From: Microthyrium microscopicum
Lineage: Eukaryota
DNA length: 64,000 bases
Assembly (NCBI GenBank): GCA_010405405.1
Contig: MU004235.1
Span: 200,538-264,537 of the forward strand
Direction: 5' to 3'
Shown: in pieces, positions 11,690 to 24,499 of the stretch
Numbering within the stretch: the stretch's first letter is position 1
Layout: every line of letters begins with the position of its first letter
Position numbers and translations under genes: made by a program
Notes under the pieces: model-generated
What the model was told of the DNA's origin: nothing
Database searches by the model: none
Seen by the model: only the letters and a program-made list of their open reading frames with translations

Positions 11690-13288
11690 TCAGTCTTCAT
11701 GACTTCGAATTGTGTAATCCAGAATCCCGAAAAGTTCAACTCTGGCTTCGTACTTCGGCTGCTGCCTCTCCACAGCTTCCTTTAAGAAACGTAATTCCCC
11801 ATCAGTCAACCGCGGTGTAGGAGCTTTGAAGACGATACCCAAACTCGCAGCATGGCGAGCAACATCCTCACGCCAGCTGTAGACATTTAGGACATGAAGA
11901 GCCCGGTCGTAATGTCGACTAGTATAATAATCTAAAAAGTCCATGTGCTTCCAAACAATGTCGTCGACACCACTGTCGGAATAGTGCTTTTTGAGAGTGC
12001 GGCTATCATTCGGAAGGTTGAAATGGTCAGTTCGGGGTTCCTCAACCACTTGCAAAGATTTGAGAGCTGGTCGCTGGGCCGCAAGATCATCAAAAAGTTG
12101 TAGAAAATTTTGCTTTTCGAATATGTCAAAAAAGTTGTCTTCGCTGAAGCCCAGGTGGACTACAATGGTGTGGGTTTTGGGACCACAGAGATTGATCATA
12201 CCCAATCTGAGACCATTAGATAAGGTGATCGATCTTCGTAGGTCGTCTCCGTGCCATGAAGTCTGGCAGACCTGGAGGTTGGGTAAGTGGAGATCTACAA
12301 TTTGTGCAGGATGGCGGATAGGGAAATGTATGTTGAGACGGGTAATGGTTTGTCCTTGACGTTTGACCAAGCGGGCCAAGGCACGGATGGTCCAGTAGTT
12401 GTGAAATGTCAATGACTCGACCCGGTTCGATGCAGCGAGAAGACCTTCGAACTGTCGCCTCCCGCGCCCCTGCCATTTTTGATCGTGCCAAGGGATATGT
12501 AAGGTCAAATGTCGCATTGAAGGCAGTTCAGAACACATTAGCCGAAAGACTTCAGGAACATGGTAGCAATCTCCAACGCCATAAGAGAAGCTGACGCACT
12601 TAACATCCCTCATTGTGGACCGAAAAAGAGCTTTCAGATCAATAGGTTGCCATCTTGAACGGGGACAAAACGTAGCGCCCCGACTGTATACGAATACTGA
12701 GCGACAGTGCTTCCAGACGTCTTTGGGGCTGGCCATGACTTTGGAGTACATTAGCCCAACGTCAACCTTCCCATTAGAATCAAATTGAACAGGAAGGGAG
12801 ACCTGCTGAAAAGACAGTCGACGAACAGATAAGTAAAGCTGGATGCAGACGCGAGCCAAGTTCTTCGCATCATATTTCGGGCAAGAGAGACAGGTTGGAA
12901 TCGTAAAACCTGCATCTGAAGGCACGCTTGCAGTTCGCCTGATAGCAGTTAGTATTCCAGGTGTGCGCACAGTTCTACCATAACAAGAATCGACAACGTA
13001 CTTCTGTTTTTGCGGAGGCTTCGCAGGCGTGAAAGCGGCCATCTCTGTTATGATGTCCAATACCTCCATTGGCATTCTCAATAGACCCGAGCGTTGTTGA
13101 GGTCGTGGTGGTGGTCGTGGCTTTAATGGACGCTGTCCAAAGTTCAAGACAGTTTGGTGCAGTTTGCGCAGCGGTGGGTAGATATATGGCCATGCACGAG
13201 TTTGGTTCCATGCAGAAGGCCTATACCGCACAACCGTGAGCTGACCAAAGACGTTGGCAAGATAGTGTTGGTAAAGTTGGTAAAACAT
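11690..13288 (-). CDS. F-box-like CxxC protein (array member 3), with an in-frame 63-nt intron
   Basis: Shares WPYIYPPxxKLHQTVLNFGQRPL, LLRxPxExLDxI, CLxCP and YSKVxASPK with member 2. Intron 13001-12939 (GTACGT..ACTAAC..ATCAG) is at the same position as intron 1 of member 2. First ATG is at 13288; the ORF track starts at a TTG. Confidence 0.8.
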   Translation of the reverse strand: MFYQLYQHYLANVFGQLTVVRYRPSAWNQTRAWPYIYPPLRKLHQTVLNFGQRPLKPRPPPRPQQRSGLLRMPMEVLDIITEMAAFTPAKPPQKQKYVVDSCYGRTVRTPGILTAIRRTASVPSDAGFTIPTCLSCPKYDAKNLARVCIQLYLSVRRLSFQQVSLPVQFDSNGKVDVGLMYSKVMASPKDVWKHCRSVFVYSRGATFCPRSRWQPIDLKALFRSTMRDVKCVSFSYGVGDCYHVPEVFRLMCSELPSMRHLTLHIPWHDQKWQGRGRRQFEGLLAASNRVESLTFHNYWTIRALARLVKRQGQTITRLNIHFPIRHPAQIVDLHLPNLQVCQTSWHGDDLRRSITLSNGLRLGMINLCGPKTHTIVVHLGFSEDNFFDIFEKQNFLQLFDDLAAQRPALKSLQVVEEPRTDHFNLPNDSRTLKKHYSDSGVDDIVWKHMDFLDYYTSRHYDRALHVLNVYSWREDVARHAASLGIVFKAPTPRLTDGELRFLKEAVERQQPKYEARVELFGILDYTIRSHED

Positions 13289-14430
13289 CGTGGAGTAAGC
13301 CGGTTTCTGTGTAAAGGCCAATGAATGGACAGTAGATGTGGAAGAGGTAGCTAATGCTCACAAGTTGATACGTGGAGCGACGTATGCGGTGACAGAAAAG
13401 CGCTGGGATTGAACGTCACGTTCTGGCCCGAAGGACGTCGGTGCAAGTGAGGACAATGATAGAAGGATAATGGCGAAAAGCGGTAAGTGAAGGGTCGTTA
13501 GTGGAAAGGTGCGAGACTTTGAAACTGCGAGCAGAAGATCCCGGGACTCGCAAAGGGAAAGTTCGAGAATTTCGTGTCAGCGACTTGCGACAGAGGAATA
13601 TATTGGACCTGTTCTTGGTGAAAGTAAGGAAATTTGGATATGACATGAGGTGGTGTAGCGTCGACGGCGCTAGAGGTGATGATAGAATGGGAAGAACCGC
13701 CCGCTTTATGAGGTGTTTTGGAGGAGCTCAACACTAAATCGATGGTGTACCTAGGTACTTGCGCACTGGAGAAATTGAATGTTAGTTGGTGGCCGTGGAT
13801 CCGACCGATTTGACCTCCAACTTACACTTCTGAAGAAATCTGGAAGTTTAGGATAACATAGGTCAACAATTGGGCCGGTGCAACCTATGAACGACATCAG
13901 CATCGAAGCAACTAACGAGACCAGACAAGATACTACCTCCCAATCTAGGCCCATATCTAGACATATCCAAGCAAATCAATAGAATAAGGCAAGACAATAA
14001 CATTAATTACCTAAGAAAGTCGCAGACACAACCACAACTAAACATACCCCGCCTAGTCAATGAAGCCAACACGTACAAACACAGAACTATGACCCTTCTA
14101 GGCTTGCAATACCAGACGCGATAGCAAACAGTAGTCCGATTTCTATTGAACAAGTGGAAAACACAGCCCGCAGATGGGCGGAGTGAGTAAACGCGAGAGT
14201 CGACGAAGATATAAGGACGGATGAGTGATCGAAAATGGACAACTTCTGGCTTGCGCCTTAAAGGCGGACTTTCGCTTTTTCATTTTGAGTACTGGAAGTA
14301 TATGGATGGTGGATGATTTTCGTGGTTGGGTTAAGGATGCGAGGAGACGAAGGATTTGCGGAATGGTGGTGACATGTGCCCGTACGTAGTGCTGCTTTTT
14401 GACTAGGAGAGTCCGTCCAACATTGCTGAT

Positions 14431-15928
14431 TTAGCTCTGTTTGCATTCAGTCTCCTGTTTTGGAGCCGATGAGCCGCCCTATTCAGTGTGAGTAAACGTA
14501 CCATCGCCAAGCTTATTGAGCATACGAACCTCGAACTCGGAATCCTCATCATCGTCATCACGATCATCGCTATCGTCGTCATCCTCTTCGTCATCTTCAT
14601 CTTCAAACTCGCCCTCAAAGTCGTCAAAAGCCTCGTATTGAAGAGCTTCACCAGTAAACCAGTCAATGGCTCGTGGGATGATCTTCTCCTTGATGTCTTC
14701 TCCGAGTTGATAGTCAAGCTCAAGTCGCTCTTCGATGTCGGATGTGGCTTCAGCCTCCTCAGCCGGGGGCTTTGGTGGCTCAAAGAAGTTGAAGAACGAG
14801 TCACATGGGACGGTCTTTTTGATAACCCGAGTTTGCTTCGTGGCTAGAAAAGGTTAGCAGATGTTTGTGGCTGGGGAAGATTGTTTGCTTACTCTTATTG
14901 CGCTGCTTCTTGCTCTCAATTCGCACGGTGAGATCTTTGCCAGTCTTCCACTCGATCTTGTGGCCCTCGGCATGATCGTAAATGAAATCACCGCCATAGC
15001 CACTCTCTTCTCTATAGAAATATGTCTTTGTGAGAAGCTTGTTTGTGAAGAATTCGTTATCGCTAAACTCGAAGATGAGCTTGAATCCGGGCTTGTCAAG
15101 GTATTCCATGCGGATGTCGACAAGGTTGCGAAGAGCAGTCTCATCGTTGTCGGTGATCATCTCTTGCAGTGAAACGTTATTCTTCATACTTGAGAGCCAG
15201 AATTCCGGGATGCCCTTCAATGGCTCTCCAGAAGTCTCCTTTGGTTCTGACTTCTCCTCGGCGTCTTTGTCTTCATCTTCCTCTTCGTCGCGCTTGCCAG
15301 CCTCGACCTCTTCCTCGGTAGGTTCGACAGAGCCGTTGACGATGGCAGCACGCTTCTGGTAAAGTGGAGTGAATTTTTGGAAATACTTCTTCTCGAGTTC
15401 CAAGACCTCCTCTTGAAATTGAGCCTCGAGCTTGCTGTGCTCCTTTTGAACACCCTTGAGTCCGGCAACGCGTCGTTGAACCTCGGCGGGTAGGGACTCG
15501 ATATAGCCGGATGAGCGGCCGATGAGACCATTGAGTTTGTTTTGCATAAGGGCGACAAGAGCGGGGTTTCCGGCTACCATACCAGCAATGGCAGCTCGCG
15601 CATCATCCTCTGTCACATTGTTAGAGAGTTCCATTGTGGTTGATTGTTTGATGGGGAGGAACGAGGGAGAAGGATGATCCGTGCAGCGTGGGGTACAAAC
15701 CTTCTTTAATACTGCCAACGTCAGGTGCCTGGGCACGGGAGTTGATGGGAGCATTGTTTGCTGGAGTGTTCTGGGGCGTACTGAGCAAGGAGACACGAGT
15801 TAGCAAAGCGAGTTTGACGAGGGCGGATGTGTTCAGCAACAAAGCCAATTATGTCTTGATATTTACTGGGGCACTGAGACTTACGGAGCGGTCAAGTCGA
15901 CTGGCTGGTTGCGAAAGGGAGCCGCCAT
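14431..15928 (-). CDS. NAP1: Nucleosome assembly protein 1 (5 exons)
   Basis: [32 protein letters not shown]...[11 protein letters not shown]...[13 protein letters not shown]...SFFNFFEPP...[15 protein letters not shown], an acidic tail and a last exon [15 protein letters not shown]. Confidence 0.95.
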
Positions 15929-17260
15929 GACTGGAAGATACAATGTGAGAACTGTGTAGAGAAATCGAGGGAGACACAGAGCAGTTCGCAATGTATGTGA
16001 GAGAAGTTGAGAAGATTGGAAGATGTGTGGATGCAGAAGCGTTTATTAGTGGGTTGAGGGGTGGTCTTGTCGATGCAAAAATCAAGAGGCAAAGATGAAG
16101 ACCTGGAAGGCACGCTAAGGCCTGTCTAAGCTCTAGCGTGCAAAGGTTCTATGGGCTAATCCATGACATTCGTGGCTGCCAAAATGGTGGGGCGCGACTG
16201 CCTTCGAGAATCATTTAATCCCTGTTCCTACTTAATTAGGATAGGTAGGTACAACCTGCGTGCCTGCCTTGCATCATTTTGATATTAACATTTTGATATC
16301 AAAGACATGAGTATATCAGAACACCCCAGGAAGCTGTCCAGTTGTTCAAATGTTTATAGTATCCTGTATAGCACGCCGAATCTTGTCTACTCCAAGGTCA
16401 ATAATGAGAACCTACGGGCATAAGCTCCACTATCATACAGCACGTTAGATACTGGTATTTTGCCTGCATCGAGTTCGCAGGGCTTAGCTACATAGTATGC
16501 TACATATTTCCAAGAGTATGTTTCTTTGAGGAAACTTGTATTATCGCCGCTCATATGAATCAAAACCTCGACTACACTTTGCCGCCTACACTCCAGCTTT
16601 GATATCGATCTCCAGCAGCACACATCTATCAGGTGACGACCTCTTATGCTCACCGCCATTTTGATTCGCTCAACAATAAATCATTCTACCCAATCTTTCT
16701 CCCTACAGCTCAAACCGTCATGCCATTTTCTCTTGTGTAGCAATTACCTAGCATATCAAACCAGGAAAGCTCAAGAATAAAGCGGGCCCGAGATATCACC
16801 CAGCATTCTCGGGTGTACACGGCAAACCCTCCCGCATCCCAGCCTTGTCCATACAGCAATACATTATCAGTAGTGGAGAATTCCAGAACCATTATCAAGA
16901 TAGTAGTAGTAATACAGTATTTAGCATTTATCTCGGCTGTTCCCCTTCAATATACATGCATCGCAATCGTCCGTAATACCTTGTACAATAATGCTGCATT
17001 TGCTGCATGAGTAGTTCCCAATATCGCCAGTTGCAGTAATAACGGCATAGCAAATAAACTCCTTTCCTCCATGAACAAGAAACTCCATGCCGCTCCATTT
17101 CCCATTTGGCCGTGATACTTGATGTTTGGATGAAGCAAACATTCATTGTCTTGATGGTGTGTTACCCGCGCTGATCGAGATACTCCACGGGACGCGTTGG
17201 TGCGCCACAATATGATCCCAGCATCACATCGCCCTCCCATATAGGTGTCACAACGCGCAT

Positions 17261-19051
17261 TCAACCCTCCAACCTCCTGGTCTCCCGAGCCGCCATTACA
17301 GCTGCGAGCGCGCCAATGAATAAACACACCGCGATAGCATTCGGTCCATCTGTGCCATGATGTTCGTCTGGATGCGCATGTTTTGCCAGTTCTGGACTTT
17401 TGCCGGGCTCCAGCAGTGAGAAGACTGTCCAGCTGATCACTGTGCCGATGAACTGTGGGACTGTTGAGTAGAGGTTGAGGATGCCGAGATATACGCCTGC
17501 TAGGTCGCTGCCGGGGGCGGGGTCGGCGGCGGCGTGCTTTTCGAGATCGCTATAGAGGGCGTCTTTTTGAGCGTGGGTTAAGTCGCTGGAGTCGCGGCGT
17601 TTGGGCGCGCCGGTTAATGGGTGGGTGGTGGTAGAGAGACGGTTGATTTCTTGGCCGAGGAATGTGAATGGTGCCCAGCATTGCATGGCCCAGGGACTAT
17701 CGATATTAGTGGTGATTGTGAGAAGGAAGAAGGGATCAAGACTTACATGCCGCAGAGGGCGACGATGGTGGTGGCCGCGCGCATACTTGTGACGAAAGGC
17801 GCGCATATCATCGACGCGCCAAAGATGACAATCGAGTAACCCCAGGCGCTGAGAAGCGTAGGCTTGTACTTTTGGAGTGCGAGAAGGACGCCAGCGATAC
17901 TCTCTGGTGGGCGCGGTGTAAACTCGCCAATGCCACCAGCTTCTTCCTCTGGCGACTGGACGACCCACGGCAATAGGACCGAGGCGACAAATGTCACGAG
18001 ACTGAAGATGATGAGCGTCATACTACCCATCCTGCCGACCTGGCCGAGCGAGTCTGGATGGTCTCGAGCCTCAGGTGGCGCATTGTAACGTAGATAAACC
18101 TCGCCAATCCAAGTCGTGCTGTAGAACAGGAACGGAAACCACCCAATCCAACACCAAAAGGTGATCCAGCAAATCGCCGAAATACGCGCTGGCAGATTTT
18201 GCGTCGTTCGCACAATCTGCATCACCATCGCCACGATGCCCCCCTTGTCGTCCTTCTCGCTCGACGTCCTCCTCCGAGACACCAGAACGCGCTCCTGTAC
18301 CGCCCAGCACGTCACAGACACACATAGAATCAGTGCCAGCGCCGAGATGATCGTCAACTGCTTGAATTGCGAATCTCCCAACGCCGTACCAAAAACACCA
18401 GTCAAATCCACCGCACCAATCGCATAACCAACCAAATGTCCCACCGCCACCATCCGCGAAGCCCACGCACTGCCCGACTGTTGTTTATTGCTCGGCAGGC
18501 TATCCACAATCAAACTACGCGAGCATGCCTGCACCGCATTAACCGCAAAATCGACACCATAGATAGCCACAACCGCCAACGCAATAGTAGCCTCGCGCCT
18601 GATATTTACGCTCGCCGATGGCATAAGGTGTGCGACAACCTCAGCCGTCCAACCCAGCAGAAGCAGGCATGCCGCAACAACAATCGTACCGACGACCATG
18701 TATGGCCTGCGGCGACCCCAGGGTGATGTGCTAGCGTCGGCGAGAATCCCGATTATAGGCTGCATGACGAGGCCGGACAATGGGCCAGCGATCCAGACGA
18801 GGGAAACGTGCGATTTCGTTAGGCCGAGGTTGAGGAGGTAGGGAGTGCAATAGGTCATTTCGATACCCCATGTGAACCTGTTCGCAAAGTCAGTATAAAG
18901 AGTGTATAAAGGGAGGAGAAACAGACTGTATCCCAATCAGACTAGCAGTCAGAAGGACCATTCGCATAGACTCCGAAGAGGCTTTGATATGAGTTGTGCC
19001 GCTCCATATTGCGTTAGAGGAGGAGGGCGCGTGTGAGGACGGCGGGATCAT
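17261..19051 (-). CDS. Sucrose/alpha-glucoside:H+ symporter (GPH/SUT1-like MFS), 3 exons
   Basis: IGIQ|FTWGIEMTYCTPYLL, VWIAGPLSGLVMQPIIG, WGRRRPY, WIGWFPFLFYSTTW, GVYLGILNLYSTVPQF are typical of fungal SUT/SLC45-like proteins. Confidence 0.9.
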
Positions 19052-20311
19052 TGCTGTCAACAGGAAGATTGTTGTTGTGTCATAACGTTCGAGAAAAGGG
19101 GTTCAATGAGTGTTGAGAAGCGAACAAACAGCACAGCAGAGAGAAACGAGAGACAGTAAGTAAAGAGCGGTGGCAGAGCATAAAGACACGATGCACAAAA
19201 GGGTGTTACGAAGGAGGAGATTAGATTCAGAGAGTGGGACGACTTTTGAGGTTCTGTAAGGGGGAGGCTCACGCGAGTTTGTGATGCTCAGCCGCATCCC
19301 CCCGCTAGCCTTGTTGGTCCTGTTGTACGCGTTGTGCAATTATACTCCATTATCTGTGATTTTGTGTATTTTATATGATCGATGGATAGCAGGATATACT
19401 TCTCACAATGATGGACATATAATTGAATGACAATTTTCCGTATAAATTAAGAACGATTTGTCTCAGCCTTGGAAATTCAACGGTCAACTCTTGATCGTGA
19501 AATTTTGGGCAGGGATTAAAGCGTGGCGTTGCAGGGATCTAATTTCCAGACCAGGATCAATGTCGTTGCCGTAAGGTCTATTTATATTCCATTCACGATA
19601 TCAAAATATGGCCCGTATTTTAGGAATGTGAATGAATATGTCGGAGCAGTTCTGTCTAGTCTTCGCTCTCATTGAGTGCCTTTTTCAATAATTTTCTGGG
19701 AAGTAGTATACGTACCCAAGGCACCTAAACCTTTAGGATCAACGTTGTCTAAATAGACAATAGGTATCTAGTTAGTAGTATGTATGACTATACGTGTAAT
19801 GATTGAAGTAAATTTGATAGAATGGATGCACAAAACGTTGACAGTTCATCGGCTCTTTGATGAGACGATCAAAAGCTGGCTCATGAAACTACGACACCGA
19901 ACTTGAGAAAACAGTTTCAAACCACAAATGGATTCAAATTACCAAGGCAGGGGAAAATTATCTTCCAACTCCCAAGCGCCATCAAAGACAATCCCCAATA
20001 GCGAACAATGTAAGTAAAGACAAGAAAACCTCCCACCACCTACCAAATACGCCCAAAACCCAACCAGAACACCATTACAGAAAAAAAGCGTCACTATCCC
20101 AATCCCAAGGAGTGTAAATCGAATCCGCATAAGCACCAACCCGATGCCTTCTCGTATTCGCCACCAACCACCACCGATCATCCGCCGCCGCCGGCCTCGT
20201 CAACCTTCTCGAATCACCACGCGTCAGCCAATCCTGCCAGTCCAGGCGCCGGCGATACAACCAGCACTGCGCGTACTCGAGGTACTACGAGATCCTGCAT
20301 TTGGACGGGCA

Positions 20312-21031
20312 CTACATCATTCCGCACTTGGACGAGTCTCCGGCTGGCTCATTGGGGTTCTGTTGCTTCTCCACTTCGGCGATCATGAGATCGAATGCTT
20401 TGGAGACGTTTTCGTCGAAGCGTGCGGAGGCTTCGGTCCAGGCGCATTTCCAGTTTTCGGCAAGGGCGCGGGCGTCTTCTTTACTGACTTGGCGTTGTTC
20501 GGGGCGGAGATCGGATTTGTTGCCGACGATTACCATTGGGACGGCGTCGGCTCCCTGAGAATGTCAGCTGGGATGAGTGTGGTTAGCTGGGGAGGAACGT
20601 ACGAGGTGGTTTAGGATCTTATCACGGATGACTTTGACCATCTCGAAACTTTGCTTGGAACCGACGGAGTAGACAAGCATGTAACCGTGGATTCCAATGA
20701 AGTGCTTAGATTGTAGTATGCTGTATTCATCCTGTAATGGCAGCGTCAGCAATGTGTCAAAATTATAGTAACGAGGGCAATGTACTTGTCCAGCAGTGTC
20801 AATGATTTCTGTGTTATAGTCTTGACCCTTGAACCGAACGATCTTGGAAAAAGTATTCTCGATCGTCGGGTAATAAGTCTCGACAAAATGGCCTTCGACA
20901 AACTGAACAGTCAAAGAAGACTTGCCTGAGAGTGGTTAGTGACCCATTGAACAAGGATACATACTTCACTTTGACGTACCAACGGAACGACTACCAACGA
21001 GGGCTACCTTTCTCTGCTTGGGGGGAGCCAT
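20312..21031 (-). CDS. RHB1: Rheb small GTPase (4 exons)
   Basis: GSRSVGKSS P-loop with the Rheb-specific Arg, YYPTIENTF effector loop, DTAGQDEY, GNKSD, EASAR and CaaX end CGMM. Confidence 0.95.
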
Positions 21032-22049
21032 TCTGGGATGTAGAAGTGCTCAAGGTATTAGCTATCAAATGTTCGATAGAGCGATGCAGTTAAAGCTATG
21101 GTATATGAAGAACTGATAACCAGAAGTAAAAGTACCAAGTTCGAGGATTAGTGGTAGACTGGGAGTACAAAGATGTTGTTTTGAGATGAGAGAGGATTGA
21201 GGGGGATGGATGGAGTCTGGAAGACAATGCTTAGAGAAACTGCAATTTGGATCAACTGCCCATCAAATAGGAAGGGATGAAGGAGTATAAAATAAGGGAT
21301 GTAGGTGTAGATGAGAAGACATGAAGCTGTTGAGGTTGGAGGACAGTTAAAGTAGATCACCACCAAGATCTCGGTCTCAATAATATTCAGGAACGGTCAA
21401 TGAGAGACGTGCCCGCAATTGGTGGACGGGGTGTGGTTGCCAGCCGCCACAAGTACCAGACATGCATTCCGATTCTAGCCGAGTCCTTCCTTATTAGGGC
21501 GTCACAAGGCTGAACTGCAGCCTTGTCATACATATGTAGTTGAGAGTTGAGCTTCAATGTTCCCTCACCTTTCCTCGATAACTTTAGACCAAGAAACTGA
21601 GGGTATTTCATTCACTGTACTCGGCTTCTTTATGAAGTTCACTTGATTGGGCTGGCTATCCTTCTCTTCACTTCGACGTAGCTGATCGAGGCACTCAGGA
21701 CTATGAAACTTACTGTAGGAGTTCAAGCTCAAGGGTGCAGCCTATGGTAGTGGCCCTAGCAATATGATATCAAACGAGAAACCCCGATGGGTCTACTGTG
21801 TAGACGAGATGTTCGTGAATTGAGTGATGACCTTAAAGCATCAGACGATTTGTATCACCAGTCACTAGAGTCTAGAAACATGCTTATTTGTGATTAAGAA
21901 TTGCATCAATTGACAATTTACAAACGATGAAAAAGACCTACACCCATGCCCAACCGCTTTTCCCAATGACCGTTCTTTCAAAGCAGCAATTTACTCCGTG
22001 AACAAATAGCAAACCCCTGATCATTCGTGTTGCTGGCTTCCGTCACGGT

Positions 22050-23330
22050 TCACCCCAGATGACGACCTATCCGCGCAGAAAGCAATCCATTTTTACCCGC
22101 TCGACGACGAGTGGTATACTCAAGAGTACCGGCCAATTGCTTGAGCCGCTCCGCATCACCCACCAGCAGATACTCCTTCTTCCTCTTCAGGAACCTCTTC
22201 TTTTTCTTCTTGCACACCAACGGCATGATTGCGTGAACGTGCACGGGAGATCCGCGACGGCTCTTAGCATAGCGGATATTCTCAAGGTCCCTAGCAGTAA
22301 GGACCATTGCCGCGGAGGCGTTGTTGCTGGTATCTGCTTTGAACTGCTCATTTTCAACAGTCCTTTGTACCATCTGGAAGTGTTCGATCCACAATGTGTA
22401 GTTGCGCTGCAAGGCCCAGTCTACTTGTGGATCGGAGACTGGGAGGCCGACAGTGTCTCTTGTGAGGTTGGTGAGATAGTCGTCCATGAGGCGGAACCAG
22501 TCAAGATCTGCCTTTAGATTGTCTGACAGCTTGGATCTTTTGACTGGCGACTCTGCAAGGCGGTTAGTTTGGTGTTTTCTCGATATGAAGTACTCAATGA
22601 ATAGTAGCTCTAGAATGAGGAGAGGATGTTGAGCTCTATTACTCACTGGTATGGAACTGTCCTTCCATCCATTCAAACTTTCGCTTCCGTCCGTTCATGA
22701 AAGTCATGCAGCTAGCATGTGGGAAAACAACTGGAGCTGTTGCATCAATTGGGCGAGAAGAATTGCCAGATCCAATACCAGATATTTGTAGATGGAGTGC
22801 TGGAGATTGACCTGAAGATGGGCCGGTGAGAGTAGCATTCATCACATAGTCCTAAAGAAGTCAGTGTACAGCTTTTATAGAGCCCGGTGTCCACCAATGA
22901 TTCCAACCAAGACTTTCTAATATATAATGATCACTGTCTTTGCAACCCATCAAATTGTGATTGACAGATTTGAAAATGTCAAGCAACAGAGTATTTGAGT
23001 TGAGTTGCGATTTTGTGGACACTTCACTCGGTGAAGTTGAGCGTATGACAGCTCAGGAGAACTCACCTGACTGGGCAAAGCAGCGGCATTACCGGCTGAT
23101 ATAGAAGTAGGAACATCGGTATATGGGTCCTCATCCTTAAAGAACTCATCATAGGCGTCCGCAACAGCGTAGGCTTGAGAGATCTCCGGATCTTCATCTT
23201 CTTCGGAGAAGTCTGGCTCATCTTCCCTTAATCCGTCCGCTCGTTCTTGCAATGCGCATAATTGTTCCTGCAGGGTGGCGATTTGCTCGATTTGTTCTTG
23301 TGCAGACCTGGGAGCGGACACAGGATCCAT
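22050..23330 (-). CDS. Hypothetical protein (3 exons; acidic N-terminus, basic NLS-like C-terminal part)
   Basis: ORFs 22950-23360, 22639-22845 and 22050-22676 join through two GTGAGT-donor introns with CTGAC/CTAAC branch sites; contains KKKKKRFLKRKK. Confidence 0.55.
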
Positions 23331-23474
23331 CTCATGATCTATGTATGTCAGCCAAGGCACGCTCCAATGCTGTGATGTGAGGAGATAGAGCTTGCAAGGA
23401 TAATATCACCGTGGGGAGTAAAGGCAAGGATGTCGCAAAAAGCAAGAGCAGAACTATTGAATTCAAGAACAATT

Positions 23475-24308
23475 TCAAAGCAGAAGTAACATACCACTAC
23501 ACTCAGCACACCCAGCGAGACCACAGTCACAGCCCCTTCCGCCCATCAGCTGTTGCTGCTGCATTTGCTCAATATATCTATCGTTCACCGCCCGATGAAG
23601 CTGTTGGAACCACCTCTTTTGGTACTGTATCTGTTCCTCCTGAAGGACGGTCTCAAAAGCGAAAGCATGACCACCACCGCTGGGATTGTGGCGAGGAAGC
23701 GATAGATAAGGACAAGTCTGTAGGTTCATCTCTTCACGTTTGCTGCATTCTGTGCCTGTAGGCACGGGCATTTCGCGCGCCCATGTGCCAGGACCAACAG
23801 CAGTCAATCGAGCACCTGAGATGTCGTATGGAGGCGGTGGGGCTTCGAACTCTCCTGTTTGTTGCTCGCTGTTCATGCGGGCGATACTCCAGTTTGTCAA
23901 GTAATATGGCTCAGATTGGGGGAAGTAGTCGGGACATCGTGATAGGCAGTCCTATCCACATCCGATGTTATCGATGCCACAGCCACAACCACATTCACAA
24001 GCAACCCCAGTAGAAGGATATTGACATAGCCTTTCGTACCCGGTTCCGAAGCGAGCTATGGCGCCAGGTACCATCCAGCCATCGTAAGGCAATGACTGGG
24101 TATTTCCTGCAGAGTCTTGCCGTGCAAACATTTGTGGGACACAAAGATGTGGAATTGAGGCCGGTGCCGTGTATTGTGCGGCCGGTGGAGGCGAGAGGAA
24201 TCTTGCTTCTCGCAGGGAGAATTGGGAGCCGAACATGTGCCATGGGAACAAGCTGCAGAAAGCATAATCTGGCCAATATTCGTACGCCCCACGGGTATAG
24301 TCGAACAT
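23475..24308 (-). other. Cys-rich orphan reading frame interrupted by one in-frame TAG (23952-23954)
   Basis: ORFs 23952-24308 and 23475-23900 are in the same frame, and the 51 nt between them are open (DCLSRCPDYFPQSEPYY). Confidence 0.5.
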
Positions 24309-24499
24309 GGTGAAGACTGCGGAGCATTCCAGCTGGCTAAGAATCTAAAGTCAATATGTTCAGCAAGGTTTCTCAGTGTGAGTGGTAGGAATGATTGAAG
24401 TCTGTAGATGAAGTGCTGTAGATGGCTGGAATTGTGATGAGATTTGGGGGCTGAGTTCAGATGCTTTGAGCATGAATGATGTGATATGATTAAATATAT

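Noticed and set aside
14801..15796. ORF-track 331-aa NAP1 with a novel N-terminus
   Set aside because: It reads through intron sequence; the conserved [12 protein letters not shown]-terminus comes from upstream exons starting at 15928.
21824..21900. GTGATGA box C-like motif suggesting a C/D snoRNA
   Set aside because: No suitably placed CTGA box D or terminal stem.
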